From a bacterium (GTDB lineage: Bacteria; Zhuqueibacterota; Zhuqueibacteria; Residuimicrobiales; Krinioviventaceae), in contig CAXXMD010000003.1 of NCBI GenBank assembly GCA_963675755.2, positions 1,024,001 through 1,088,000 of the forward strand: a stretch of 64,000 bases of DNA. Direction: 5' to 3'. How positions within the stretch are numbered: position 1 is the stretch's first letter; every line of letters begins with the position of its first letter. The position numbers and the translations under genes are program-made. Shown piece by piece: positions 28,849 to 39,287 of this stretch. The notes under the pieces are model-generated. The model made no database searches, was not told the origin of the DNA, and worked only from the letters and a program-made list of their open reading frames with translations.

Positions 28849-30460
28849 GTTTCTTTACATGTTACTTTTTACACCTGCTAACGTATATATTTTATATTCT
28901 AAAATTGGAGTACTCGTGAAATCAAAACACATTTCCCCCGAAATGGCAGTGCTCTTGCTGTTTGTCTTTGCCAAATTTTTCGTTCATATTTATACCAATT
29001 TATTTGCCGGTTATGGTATATTTAGAGATGAATTATATTACCTTGCATGTGCCAACCACCTCGCTGCGGGATATGTAGATCAGCCCCCTTTATCAATTTA
29101 TATTCTATGGTTGTACAAATCTGTTTTTGGAGATTCTGTTTTCACTATCCGGTTACTACCTGCACTTGCAGGCGCACTCACTGTGTTTTTCACCGGTCTT
29201 GTAACACGACGCCTGGGTGGAGGGCTTTTTGCAATCCTTATGAGTAGTGTTGCTGTTTGCGTAGCCCCCATTTATCTGGCTATGAACAGTTTTTACTCTA
29301 TGAACAGTTTTGACATTCTCCTCTGGGCAATAGCTTTTTATATGCTTGTGCGCATCATCCAGCAAGACACGCTGATGGACTGGATTCTTTTTGGAATTAT
29401 TGTTGGTCTGGGAATGCTCAACAAGATCAGTATGGCCTGGCTGGCTATGGGATTTATAGCAGGCCTGCTGCTTACACCACAACGAAAAAAACTACTAACC
29501 ATTCGTCCCTATCTGGCTGGTGGTATCGCTTTTTTAATCTTTGCTCCATATATCATTTGGAATATCACAAACGATTTTCCAATGCTTGAATTCATGCACA
29601 ATGCAACACAACACAAATACAATGGAATTTCACGCTTGGACTTTTTATCCGGCCTTGTACTCAATATGCACCCGTTTCTACTACCCATTTGGATAGCCGG
29701 CCTGGTTTATTTGCTGTTTCCCAAATCCGGTAGAAAATATCAAATGCTGGGATGGATCTTTATAACAACATTTGCTATACTGATTATCAATGGGCACAGC
29801 AAACCCGAGTATCTATCGCCCGCATTTTTACCTCTATTTGCCGGCGGCAGCATTCTTGTTGAAAAACTTTTTCAATTACGATATATGAAATGGGGCATGT
29901 TTGCGGTTCCGGTAATTCTGCTGGCCGGAGGTATTGCCATTGCTCCGCTTGCAATACCCATATTACCGGTGGAACAATTTATCCAATATTCATCCAATCT
30001 GGGCATTCAGGCAGAATCTAACGAAGGCAAAGAATTGTCCCAGCTGCCCCAGTTTTACGCAGATATGCATGGTTGGGAAGAAATGGCAAAATCCGTTGCA
30101 GACGTATATCACTCTCTGCCCGAACCGGATAAACAAAATACCATAATATATGCCCATAACTACGGTGAAGCCGGGGCTATGGACTATTATCGGGAAAAAT
30201 ACGATCTTCCTCCCGTAATATGCATGCACAACAATTACTGGTTCTGGGGTAAAGAGTATTTTAACAAATATTACAACACAGTTATCATCATCGGTGGTAA
30301 AATGGAAGACCACCTCAATGCGCTAGAATTTGTAGAACAAGCTGCTATACACAAGACAAAATATAGTATTCCGTATGAAAACAATATTGGTATTTTTATT
30401 GGCAGGAATTTAATTGTCAGTATGAAAGAGCTATGGTTGAGGGATAAGCATTTTATTTAA
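28847..30460 (+). CDS. GT-C membrane glycosyltransferase (PMT_2 / ArnT / GT39-like)
   Basis: YGIFRDELYY, GYVDQPPL, LG.LNK, YADMHGW, NYGEAGA; many TM helices; likely true start is GTG 28917 after GGAG. Confidence 0.85.
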   Translation: MFLYMLLFTPANVYILYSKIGVLVKSKHISPEMAVLLLFVFAKFFVHIYTNLFAGYGIFRDELYYLACANHLAAGYVDQPPLSIYILWLYKSVFGDSVFTIRLLPALAGALTVFFTGLVTRRLGGGLFAILMSSVAVCVAPIYLAMNSFYSMNSFDILLWAIAFYMLVRIIQQDTLMDWILFGIIVGLGMLNKISMAWLAMGFIAGLLLTPQRKKLLTIRPYLAGGIAFLIFAPYIIWNITNDFPMLEFMHNATQHKYNGISRLDFLSGLVLNMHPFLLPIWIAGLVYLLFPKSGRKYQMLGWIFITTFAILIINGHSKPEYLSPAFLPLFAGGSILVEKLFQLRYMKWGMFAVPVILLAGGIAIAPLAIPILPVEQFIQYSSNLGIQAESNEGKELSQLPQFYADMHGWEEMAKSVADVYHSLPEPDKQNTIIYAHNYGEAGAMDYYREKYDLPPVICMHNNYWFWGKEYFNKYYNTVIIIGGKMEDHLNALEFVEQAAIHKTKYSIPYENNIGIFIGRNLIVSMKELWLRDKHFI

Positions 30461-30464
30461 ATAC

Positions 30465-30497
30465 AAAAGGCACCCGCCAAAATGCGGGTGCCTTTTT
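30465..30497. terminator. Bidirectional terminator between convergent genes
   Basis: AAAAGGCACCCGC-caaaat-GCGGGTGCCTTTTT. Confidence 0.8.
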
Positions 30498-30500
30498 AAT

Positions 30501-33263
30501 CTATTTCATTTGAAAAATAACTGTAGGATCCAGCGGATACCGACCGAATTTCTCGCCATAAACAGCAAGTCCACCCGGCAATGAATCATCCACTTGCAGA
30601 CGTACAACCAGTTCACCCGTCTTGATAGCGTCTCTTATTACTTTCTCCGGAAGTACAGCATTCACAAGATAACCATAAGAACCCGCCTCGCGCAGTTTGC
30701 GATCATGGGGTTGATTATGCCAGCTCAACAATCCGCGATGATCAGCAGGATCGTCCTTTAAATCAAACACACCGCATGAAACACCATTTATAATCACCTG
30801 CACCATACTGGGATACAAAGTCTCATCTGTCATGGGGTAAGAATTTGGATTGCGTGATGGATCAAAAGTGCCTTTGCCCAGCATATAATTACCATCCATC
30901 TCGGTTTGATTATCCTGGTCTTTACCAAACAATTGTTTTGCACCCAATTCTGCTCTGAACACAGCTTCATCTATCAGATCCGCATCCAGTTTTTTGGGTA
31001 CGCGCATGCGGTATTCAAAAAAACCACTCCCAGCGCCGTTGACCTTTAATCCGTCAAGAACGTCCCATTGTTTAACGCTCCATTTAGAATCGGTAAAATC
31101 TCTGGCTTCCGTAGATACAACCAGTTGTTTTTCATCCGGGTACAAATTTTTTCCAATAACCTGAAAAGAAGTAAAATTTCGGTGCAATACAGTGCCCATG
31201 GGGTCCATTAACCGGACGGCTAGAATTGCCAATCCCGGAGCATCGGGCATTACAACAGACAATGGGTCCAGCTTGTGGTTCAACCAGGGCAGATAAGGAA
31301 CCGGCACTGTGGTTTTCCAGTATTCTTTGTACTCACCGGTTGTTGTCCATCCATACAAAGAAGCTTCTAATTCAAGACCCATCGCATAATTTTTATCTGT
31401 CATAAAAGAAGCAAAAACAGGCACATCAATGGTTTCTCCTATACTGACATCTTCACAAATTTGCTCACCTACAACAATATAAGAGGGGCTGTGCATATCA
31501 TTCAATGCCATACCCTCTACAATGTCGCCCATACCGGTAAATTTTTGAGAACGGTCATATTTATAATATCCGTTCCATTCATTGATCACATCATGATGTT
31601 CGGTATAAAGCCAGCCGCAAATTTGGGGACGGCGACGAAATTCATTCATCATCCAATGATAGTCAAAAGACCAGTCTACATCACCGGTACTGCCTTCGTA
31701 TCCCCATACATTACCACACTCACTGTTGAAAAGCGGGTCTTTGTCTTGCTTGTATCCCTCGGCATAATTCCAGGTAGAACCTTCATAGGTATTTTTAACA
31801 ACATTATCCAGAACGCTTTTCCATTGATAACCTGCTTTGTAATCATGCCAACTGTTAATATCTGTAATCACATGATCGTATAAACAAGCCGAGTTGTCTT
31901 CAATCAAACGCGTCTTGTCCAGTTCCTTTGCCTTGTGGTACATTTCTGCCACCCATTTTTGGGTTTTTGGCAAGTACCCCTTGTCATCGGTTTTTAAGCC
32001 CCAGGTTTCATTAAATAAAACCCAGGCAAAAATAGCGGGGTGATTATAATCGCGTTTGATCATTTGACGCATAGCGTATTCGGATTCTTTTTGCATATCT
32101 TTATCGGGATTACCCCAGCTATTGGGAACATCCGCCATGATAAACATACCCAACTTGTCAGCCCAGTAGAGTTTACGGGGAATCTCTACTTTGATATGAA
32201 CACGCTGACCGTTCAAACCAATACGACGTGAACGTAAAATTTCATCACGCATAAAGTCATCGCTGGGAAAAGTGTAATAACCATCAGGATGATAAGCCTG
32301 GTCCAGGGTTGTTTGCAGGTATACCGGTTCATTATTCAGCGCAATATAGGGAATCTCACTGCCCGGTAAATTTACCACACTGATTTTGCGCATACCAAAA
32401 TAGGTAGCCAACACGTCTTTATCAAGCTTGACGGTAACATCATACAAATTGGGATCATCAAGAGACCACAATTTTGCATTTTCAAGAGGCACAACAAAAG
32501 AAACCTCATCCTTCCTACTCGCAATTTCACCGGCATATGAAGCTTCCTTGTTGCCGTTCACTGCAAAATCAAGATCTAATGATAATTTTTTAGGTGCGGG
32601 AGCATTCAACATGAGATCAACCGTGACCTCATTTTTATCTATATCCGGAGTAAAGTGTATGGTTTCTACATAAACATCGGGACGGGCTTCAAGATAGATG
32701 GTCTGCCAGATGCCCGCTGCTCGGCCATATCCCTGTTTACCATAGAGTTTAAAATCGCGTTTAATATCATCCACACGCAATACCAGCTCACCGGATTGAG
32801 TGCCCGCCGGCAATTCAAATTCAAAGGGAGTATAGCCACCCTGGTGGGTGCCTAATTGTTCGCCATTTAACCATGCTGTTGTATGCCAGTCACATGCGCC
32901 AACAACCACAAATACACGCTTACCGCTCCAGGCTGCAGGTACGGTAATGTTTTTACGATACCAGCCAACGTCTCCTTCATCCGCAACGCCAGACAATTTA
33001 CTGCCCCACGAAAACGGTACCATGATGGTTTTGTCAAAATCATGCTTTCCATCAAACCAGCTTTTGTCAATACCACTGTCTTCCGTATCAAACGCAAATT
33101 GCCAGGGACCGTTTAAATTTAACCAGTCGACCCGCATAAAATCCGGTCTGGGGTGTTCCGGCAATGGAATATTTTTCGCGTCAAACGGCTGCGAATAAAG
33201 TACGGTTGATAACACTACCCATATCATCAACATTGATTTGAGAGTTTTCATCTCCTTCTCCAT
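30501..33263 (-). CDS. Glycoside hydrolase family 2, secreted
   Basis: EHPRPDF.R..WLNLNG.W, HQGGYTPFEF, GIWQT, LDQ.Y.PDG.YT, RDYNHP.I..W..FNE.WG. Confidence 0.88.
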   Translation of the reverse strand: MEKEMKTLKSMLMIWVVLSTVLYSQPFDAKNIPLPEHPRPDFMRVDWLNLNGPWQFAFDTEDSGIDKSWFDGKHDFDKTIMVPFSWGSKLSGVADEGDVGWYRKNITVPAAWSGKRVFVVVGACDWHTTAWLNGEQLGTHQGGYTPFEFELPAGTQSGELVLRVDDIKRDFKLYGKQGYGRAAGIWQTIYLEARPDVYVETIHFTPDIDKNEVTVDLMLNAPAPKKLSLDLDFAVNGNKEASYAGEIASRKDEVSFVVPLENAKLWSLDDPNLYDVTVKLDKDVLATYFGMRKISVVNLPGSEIPYIALNNEPVYLQTTLDQAYHPDGYYTFPSDDFMRDEILRSRRIGLNGQRVHIKVEIPRKLYWADKLGMFIMADVPNSWGNPDKDMQKESEYAMRQMIKRDYNHPAIFAWVLFNETWGLKTDDKGYLPKTQKWVAEMYHKAKELDKTRLIEDNSACLYDHVITDINSWHDYKAGYQWKSVLDNVVKNTYEGSTWNYAEGYKQDKDPLFNSECGNVWGYEGSTGDVDWSFDYHWMMNEFRRRPQICGWLYTEHHDVINEWNGYYKYDRSQKFTGMGDIVEGMALNDMHSPSYIVVGEQICEDVSIGETIDVPVFASFMTDKNYAMGLELEASLYGWTTTGEYKEYWKTTVPVPYLPWLNHKLDPLSVVMPDAPGLAILAVRLMDPMGTVLHRNFTSFQVIGKNLYPDEKQLVVSTEARDFTDSKWSVKQWDVLDGLKVNGAGSGFFEYRMRVPKKLDADLIDEAVFRAELGAKQLFGKDQDNQTEMDGNYMLGKGTFDPSRNPNSYPMTDETLYPSMVQVIINGVSCGVFDLKDDPADHRGLLSWHNQPHDRKLREAGSYGYLVNAVLPEKVIRDAIKTGELVVRLQVDDSLPGGLAVYGEKFGRYPLDPTVIFQMK

Positions 33264-33299
33264 AAATTTAGTTCAACTCTTACCCAATGATTACCCTGT

Positions 33300-34880
33300 T
33301 TAAAATGTATCTATCAATCCTTTTACCTCTTTATAAACCGTTGGAGCTGTATTAGGTCCCAATGAATTGACTTCTCCATAGTGCTTTTTTTCACCATAGG
33401 TATAGGGCTCTTTGGCATCCCAATGGCTTTTTGGCATCATGTAACCCAATTCATCATTACCCAGTCCAATCACAAAATTCATATCTCCCTGCATCAACTC
33501 GCGGATGGGAGGTATTTCAACAATGCCCGTCTCCAGATCCCGATTTTCAGGCAATTCAATACCTCCATTTACAATCTCGGGATTAATTTCACCGGGAACT
33601 GTAGCAATCCACGCAGGCCCAATGGACAACAAGTTCACTTCACTGCGCAGGTATTTAAATTTAATAAATCCGCGATTCAAAACACCCAATACTCCGGCCA
33701 GTTTAAATATATCATTATCTACCTGAACCAGAAATGTTTTTGCTCTTAATTTCATAGCCGGATCTTTGACAACCTGCCAGTCATCCGTTTCCATTTTGTT
33801 CAAAACGGCGTCAGCCAGTCGGTAACCCTGCGCTCTTGCTTTTTCAAAAGAACCTTCTTTATAATGTTTATCTGTCCAGGGATCGTAAACATTACAACCC
33901 AGGGTTGTCATCAATCCGCCAACAGCTCCGTTAGCAAAAACCGCAATACCACCAACACCATCCCGTTTGGTTTCACCATCATATACAATGCCGCTTTCAA
34001 TGCCTTCAAGCCAGTAATGACAAAAATCAGCAGTGATCAGGTTGTTGCGTGAGCCCAGGGTTTCCGGGTGATTACCATAATTCAATAAAACACCCAACAC
34101 TTTATCCGTTTCCGAATCGCAAAACTGCATCATGCGGATGGTATCATCCTTAACAATTGGCGGGCGGCTATCGCGTATCAGATCATCTCCGGTTGAATCA
34201 ATTTTAGCCAGTTTTAAATAGGCAGGTACGGCATGTTGTTTTGCCAGAGTTACCGCTTTAACTGCCTGTTCTTTAACAAACTGTTTATATTCATCATTCA
34301 CACCCGTTTTAAAAACACTGGGGCCCCATAATCCCATCAGATCAGGGACTTCATGATTGTGTGTGGATGAAACAATAACATGATCAATATCCGGATTTTC
34401 TATCTTTATCATTTCACGCAGCTCTATAACATCATCATGGAAAAATCCAATGGCATCCAGCACAACATAGGCAACACCCATATCACCATTTTCCCAATAA
34501 ACGGAACGTGCCCAGATATCGTCATGCACTCCCTGAATGGGGTGGTTGTTGCTGAATCCTGCCATCCAATAAGCATCAAATTTCCCATTGCCATTATTAT
34601 CAATAACAGAATCCCCTTTGTCAGGATTAAACCGCGAATTCCCGTCAGCATCGTACCAGCTGTCAATAATTTCCGGGGTAATTGCAACTTTGGCCAAACC
34701 CGCTTTGAGCCCGTTATTCAGAGAAGGACTCTCAAGTGTCAGGTCCAGATCATAATCGGGATGACGGTCCCGTGTCCGCACCAGTGAAAAAATCACAACG
34801 GCAAAAATCAATACTGCCAGTATAGAAGCAAACCAGGCAAAGAACTTTTTCATATTTCCTCCATTTTTTACAATATACAT
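33300..34880 (-). CDS. Neutral/alkaline ceramidase-like hydrolase, N-terminally anchored
   Basis: AG.A...ITP, GVHDD..AR, STHNHE.PD, NYGNHPE, ITADF, NGA.G, VPGE, GLGNDELGY; likely start 34853. Confidence 0.7.
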   Translation of the reverse strand: MYIVKNGGNMKKFFAWFASILAVLIFAVVIFSLVRTRDRHPDYDLDLTLESPSLNNGLKAGLAKVAITPEIIDSWYDADGNSRFNPDKGDSVIDNNGNGKFDAYWMAGFSNNHPIQGVHDDIWARSVYWENGDMGVAYVVLDAIGFFHDDVIELREMIKIENPDIDHVIVSSTHNHEVPDLMGLWGPSVFKTGVNDEYKQFVKEQAVKAVTLAKQHAVPAYLKLAKIDSTGDDLIRDSRPPIVKDDTIRMMQFCDSETDKVLGVLLNYGNHPETLGSRNNLITADFCHYWLEGIESGIVYDGETKRDGVGGIAVFANGAVGGLMTTLGCNVYDPWTDKHYKEGSFEKARAQGYRLADAVLNKMETDDWQVVKDPAMKLRAKTFLVQVDNDIFKLAGVLGVLNRGFIKFKYLRSEVNLLSIGPAWIATVPGEINPEIVNGGIELPENRDLETGIVEIPPIRELMQGDMNFVIGLGNDELGYMMPKSHWDAKEPYTYGEKKHYGEVNSLGPNTAPTVYKEVKGLIDTF

Positions 34881-34944
34881 AATTTTTGAAAATTTTTATA
34901 GGCATAATTTCATATTTATATGTGTTTAATAGGTATTTCAACAT

Positions 34945-35595
34945 GTGGAGGTACATATGAAGAGAACAATTATGTTACTCATTATTATCCTGGTAATGCT
35001 GCAAAATGGTTTTACCCAGGAAACAAACCATACAGACCTTGACGCTAAAGTACATTCATTTCTTTCAAGCCACCAGGGGCAATGGTACGATATGAACGTA
35101 CCGGTAAATGATGGCAAATTACTTTACGACTTGATTATAAAAAACAATTATACTAAAGCATTAGAAATAGGGACTTCTACCGGTCATTCCGCAATCTGGA
35201 TTGCCTGGGCCCTCAGTAAAACCGGCGGCAAACTGATCACCATTGAAATCAATAAAGAACGCCATCGCCAGGCCCTTGAAAACTTTGAAAAAGCCGGCGT
35301 ATCGGATTACATTGACGCGCGACTGGCTGACGCGCATGAGCTGGTTAAACAACTGGAGGGGCCGTTCGATTTTGTTTTCAGTGATGCCGACAAGGGGTGG
35401 TATACTCAATACCTTCAAGATGTGCTGCCAAAATTAGAACCCGGTGGATGTTTTACCGCGCACAATGTTACCAATCTCTACAGTACTTCTATTAAAGAAT
35501 TTTTACAATACGCACAAAACCATCCGGATCTGGAAACAACCATTGACAAATCTTCTCAAGCGGGTGTGTCAATTTCGTATAAAAAGAAAAAATAA
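34945..35595 (+). CDS. Class I SAM-dependent O-methyltransferase (YrrM / Methyltransf_3 type) with predicted signal peptide
   Basis: ALEIGTSTGHS, LITIE, FDFVFSDADK, L.PGG..AHN; likely start ATG 34957 after GGAGG. Confidence 0.85.
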   Translation: MEVHMKRTIMLLIIILVMLQNGFTQETNHTDLDAKVHSFLSSHQGQWYDMNVPVNDGKLLYDLIIKNNYTKALEIGTSTGHSAIWIAWALSKTGGKLITIEINKERHRQALENFEKAGVSDYIDARLADAHELVKQLEGPFDFVFSDADKGWYTQYLQDVLPKLEPGGCFTAHNVTNLYSTSIKEFLQYAQNHPDLETTIDKSSQAGVSISYKKKK

Positions 35596-35622
35596 ACATC
35601 ATCTACTTTTAACGAGACGGAT

Positions 35623-36972
35623 ATGGGGCCACAATTAAAACGAAAACTGGGTTGGTTTCCGGTTACAAATATCGTTATTGCCAATATGATAGGTGCGGGG
35701 ATCTTTACCACCTCGGGTTTACTGATAGCAGATTTGGGAAATCCCCTGGTAATGCTGTGCCTTTGGCTTGTTGGGGGATTAATTGCTCTTGCCGGTGCAT
35801 TTGTTTATGCTGAATTGGGTGCGGCATTTCCCCATGCCGGCGGAGAATACCGTTTCCTTTCCGAACTCTATCATCCCTTACCCGGTTTCTTAAGCGGATG
35901 GATTTCTTTGGTTGCAGGTTTTTCAGCACCTATTGCCGCGTCCGCAATTGGATTTTCAGCATATCTATCAAGGGCGGTACCGGGTTTAACAGAGCAATTT
36001 AACACGGTTTTACCTGTTTCGTCAGATACAATTGAAAAAGGAATTGCAATCCTGATCATCCTTGTATTTACCCTGATCCATGCAAGAGGAGTTGAATTCG
36101 GTACCCGCATCCAAAACGGATTGACGCTTCTCAAAGTTGGACTGTTAATCGGCCTGGTAATTATGGGCTTTACTGCCGGAAGCGGATCTTTAACCCACTT
36201 TATCCAGAGTAAACCAATAACTTTTAATCTTTCTACAATTACAACCGCAGGATTATCACTCATGTGGATCATGTTTGCTTACAGCGGTTGGAATGCGGCC
36301 ACGTATATTGGTTCAGAAATCGCTGATCCGGATGAAAACCTGCCACGCTCGCTCATTTCCGGGACTGCCATTGTTGTAGTATTATATCTGTTGATAAACG
36401 CGTTTTATATTTACGCGCTGTCACCACAGGAAATGAGTGGCGTTATATCCATTGCCGGACTAGCCGCTGGAAACATATTCGGGCAAGCCGCGGAGCGGAC
36501 TGTTTCCGCATTGATTGCGTTTGCTCTCTTTTCTTCACTAAGTGCGTTTATTATACTGGGTCCACGGGTTTACTATGCCATGGCTACAGACGGACTTTTT
36601 TTCAAATTCTTTGCACAGGTGCACCCCAAAACCGGTGTACCGGTTGCGGCAATTCTGTTACAAAGTGCAATCGCTATTCTTTATGTCATGACAGGATCGT
36701 TTGATCAGATTCTGACATATATGGGCTTTTCGCTGGGGCTCTTTCCCGTTCTTACAGCAACAAGCTTGGTAAAATTACGCAAACAAGGGTCTGCATTAAA
36801 AATGCCGGGGTACCCCTATACCATGATCTTTTTTGTTACATTGTCTTTGATCATTTTACTGTTATCTCTCATTACAAGGCCCATTGAATCCGGAATCGCC
36901 TTGATGAATGTTGCTATTGGCATTCCACTCTATTATATATTAAAACGGATAAATAAAAAAGGCACTATATGA
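35623..36972 (+). CDS. APC-family amino acid permease
   Basis: NMIGAGIF, YAELG..FP.AGGEY, FAYSGWN, GPRV.YAMA.DG; about 12 TM helices. Confidence 0.92.
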   Translation: MGPQLKRKLGWFPVTNIVIANMIGAGIFTTSGLLIADLGNPLVMLCLWLVGGLIALAGAFVYAELGAAFPHAGGEYRFLSELYHPLPGFLSGWISLVAGFSAPIAASAIGFSAYLSRAVPGLTEQFNTVLPVSSDTIEKGIAILIILVFTLIHARGVEFGTRIQNGLTLLKVGLLIGLVIMGFTAGSGSLTHFIQSKPITFNLSTITTAGLSLMWIMFAYSGWNAATYIGSEIADPDENLPRSLISGTAIVVVLYLLINAFYIYALSPQEMSGVISIAGLAAGNIFGQAAERTVSALIAFALFSSLSAFIILGPRVYYAMATDGLFFKFFAQVHPKTGVPVAAILLQSAIAILYVMTGSFDQILTYMGFSLGLFPVLTATSLVKLRKQGSALKMPGYPYTMIFFVTLSLIILLLSLITRPIESGIALMNVAIGIPLYYILKRINKKGTI

Positions 36973-37607
36973 AAATCTATAAAATCCTTTTATTCTTTTC
37001 GATTTGTGCATCTCTGGTAATCGCAAATGAAAATAATTCCGCTATCGTTCGCATGAACGCACTCGAAACCAACCTGTTGGAATCTGATTCCGTCAAAATC
37101 GATTTCAATATAACCGCAACGGGTGCAATTGAGGCCAATGCTAAAGGTACATTGCAGTTACTATCCGGCAATCGGATACAATTCTCTGCCAATGGTGGAT
37201 TTGCCGGTGACACCCTCAAGCTTGTGCTTTTTTCTGACGGATCAGAATTGCAAATCAGCAATGGTAAAAGCAATAACAGCGCACAAACCCCGCCATATTT
37301 AAACCAGGGATTAATTATTGGTTTAACAAGAATGGGATTGTTACATAACATTGCCGTAATGCAATTTGGCAGACAACCTGATAAAACCGATGGTACCGTT
37401 CAACAATGGGTAACGGTAAAAAATGTTCAAAACGCTGAAAAAAATGATAACGCTATCACCTTTGATGTATTTGTAGATAATGTTCTTTCCGCAGAAACAG
37501 AGTTAATCATAGATGCTAAAACGGGGCTGCCATTATTGAGATTTCAAACAGTACATTTTGAAAGTGGAGATATGAAGGTTAAAGAAGAGTATACTATCCA
37601 TAAATGA
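36969..37607 (+). CDS. Secreted hypothetical protein
   Basis: Signal peptide (LVIA|N); ATGA overlap with the permease stop; beta-rich, possibly LolA-like fold. Confidence 0.65.
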   Translation: MKIYKILLFFSICASLVIANENNSAIVRMNALETNLLESDSVKIDFNITATGAIEANAKGTLQLLSGNRIQFSANGGFAGDTLKLVLFSDGSELQISNGKSNNSAQTPPYLNQGLIIGLTRMGLLHNIAVMQFGRQPDKTDGTVQQWVTVKNVQNAEKNDNAITFDVFVDNVLSAETELIIDAKTGLPLLRFQTVHFESGDMKVKEEYTIHK

Positions 37608-37611
37608 AAAA

Positions 37612-37637
37612 TCCCGGCAGCTTGGTACTACCGGGAA
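37612..37637. terminator. Hairpin between convergent genes, probable terminator
   Basis: TCCCGGCAG-cttggta-CTACCGGGA with a flanking A-tract. Confidence 0.5.
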
Positions 37638-37647
37638 AATTTAAACT

Positions 37648-38160
37648 CTAGTGTTTATGTTCTTTCATGTGTTCTTTTGCTGCAGCATCAAAATATAACT
37701 CGCTGAATTTATCAGTCAACTCGCGTAACTTTTCAACATTGCTCAAATCCGTGGTTTGTTTACATTTCATAGCAGTCACAAGCATCTGGTGCAAAAGAGT
37801 AACTTTTTCAGTATACTTTTCCTGTTCCGGTTTAATGCGTTGTGTCATAAAATACTGGCTTACAATATCCTGTACCTTGTTTGCATGGTCTTCTTTATTG
37901 GTAACCCAGCGCACAAGCTGATTGTAATTAACCGGAGTTTCTCCTGACAACTGAACAATCTGGTTCATTGATTTTTCTATGGTTGTAGCATGCTCCAAAA
38001 TCAATTTTACACGCAATTCATCATTATATATACCACAAGGAATCTCACAATGGGCCATTACAGCAGATGACTGAATCCCCAGCAATAACACGACCTGAGC
38101 CAGAATAATAAAAAATTTCGATTTCATTTTTCCTCCTAAACTATTATATTTCATATTCAA
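37648..38160 (-). CDS. sodN: Nickel-containing superoxide dismutase
   Basis: Ni-hook HCEIPCGIY right after a signal-like leader; NQLVRWV..KE.HA, QYF..QR and KQT motifs; likely start ATG 38127 after GGAGG. Confidence 0.92.
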   Translation of the reverse strand: MNMKYNSLGGKMKSKFFIILAQVVLLLGIQSSAVMAHCEIPCGIYNDELRVKLILEHATTIEKSMNQIVQLSGETPVNYNQLVRWVTNKEDHANKVQDIVSQYFMTQRIKPEQEKYTEKVTLLHQMLVTAMKCKQTTDLSNVEKLRELTDKFSELYFDAAAKEHMKEHKH

Positions 38161-38320
38161 AATTGTAAAAAATATAACAATTAAATGTTATAAATATTTC
38201 AACTGTTATATAATTCTCTCAAATTGTATTTAAATTGCCGTTTTTGCGAAAAAAACTGCTTGATTAAGATGCCGAAAAATAATATGTTATAAATAAAAAT
38301 AATCGGAAAGGGAAAGTTTT

Positions 38321-39157
38321 ATGTCCAAATTACAGGGCCTCATGGTACCATTGGTGACCCCGCTGACAAAGGAACGGGAGTTTGATGCAGAGGCCATGAA
38401 CCGAATCATCGATAAATTGATCGATAATGTGAACAGTTTTTATGTAGCCGGATCAACCGGCGAATTTCTGGCATTGCCCGTAAAGGCAAGGCTTGAAGCC
38501 ATTGATACAGTTATCAAAGCCGTAGATAAAAAGGTTCCGGTCATTGCCGGGATTGGAGCATGTGCATATGAAGATGTATTGGATTTTGCAGATAAAGCAT
38601 ATGATTCAGGAGCAGACATTGTTTCCCTTCAGCTCCCTCCATATTTCCCCATGACAGATGAAATGATCGAACACTTTTTTACAACCATTGTAGAATATAG
38701 TAAATTACCACTCATGCTGTACAGTATTCCTCAATTTAATGGCAAAAAAATTCCTGTTCAAGTTGCCAAAAAATTTGTAGGGCATCCCAATGTTGTTGGT
38801 ATTAAAGACAGCAGTGGCGATCTTGATTATTTTGAAAGCCTGGTCAAAGAATGCAAAACAGATGATTACAAAGTCTTTATGGGCGAAGAAACGCTTATCT
38901 ATGAAGGTTTGAAACGCGGTTGTAATGGCAGCGTTGCAAGCATTGGACATTTGTATCCGGAATTGTGTAATGAAATATTTGACGCAGGAACAGCCGGAGA
39001 CTGGGACAAGGCAAAACAGTTGCAAGCAAAACTTGTAGAACTCCAATCCGAATATAACAAGATTGGCGGCTATTTTAGCGTAGTTAGTGGCATCAAACGC
39101 ATGATGGCCAAAGATGGTATCTGCCAGGAATACATGGCAAAAATCTTTGAAAAGTAA
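38321..39157 (+). CDS. DHDPS / N-acetylneuraminate lyase family aldolase
   Basis: P.VTP, GSTGE, PPY, LY.IP and Schiff-base GIKDSSGD; substrate not assignable. Confidence 0.88.
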   Translation: MSKLQGLMVPLVTPLTKEREFDAEAMNRIIDKLIDNVNSFYVAGSTGEFLALPVKARLEAIDTVIKAVDKKVPVIAGIGACAYEDVLDFADKAYDSGADIVSLQLPPYFPMTDEMIEHFFTTIVEYSKLPLMLYSIPQFNGKKIPVQVAKKFVGHPNVVGIKDSSGDLDYFESLVKECKTDDYKVFMGEETLIYEGLKRGCNGSVASIGHLYPELCNEIFDAGTAGDWDKAKQLQAKLVELQSEYNKIGGYFSVVSGIKRMMAKDGICQEYMAKIFEK

Positions 39158-39196
39158 TCTTTTTCAATATGTGTCATTCGTGACATATAATATATA

Positions 39197-39234
39197 GAAC
39201 ACGAATGACACAATAAACACGAATTTACACGAAT
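39197..39234 (+). repeat. Left inverted repeat of the GxxExxY cassette
   Basis: GAACACGAATGACACAATAAACACGAATTTACACGAAT, containing three ACACGAAT units; 32/38 identical to the reverse complement of 39674-39711. Confidence 0.9.
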
Positions 39235-39287
39235 CTTTCTAAACTATCATACTTTTTTGATTTAATTAATTCCAATCTGGGGGAAAC

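Noticed and set aside
38321-39157. Naming the aldolase dapA or nanA
   Set aside because: The family motifs are clear, but substrate-determining residues cannot be assigned by eye and no lysine or nan operon context is present.
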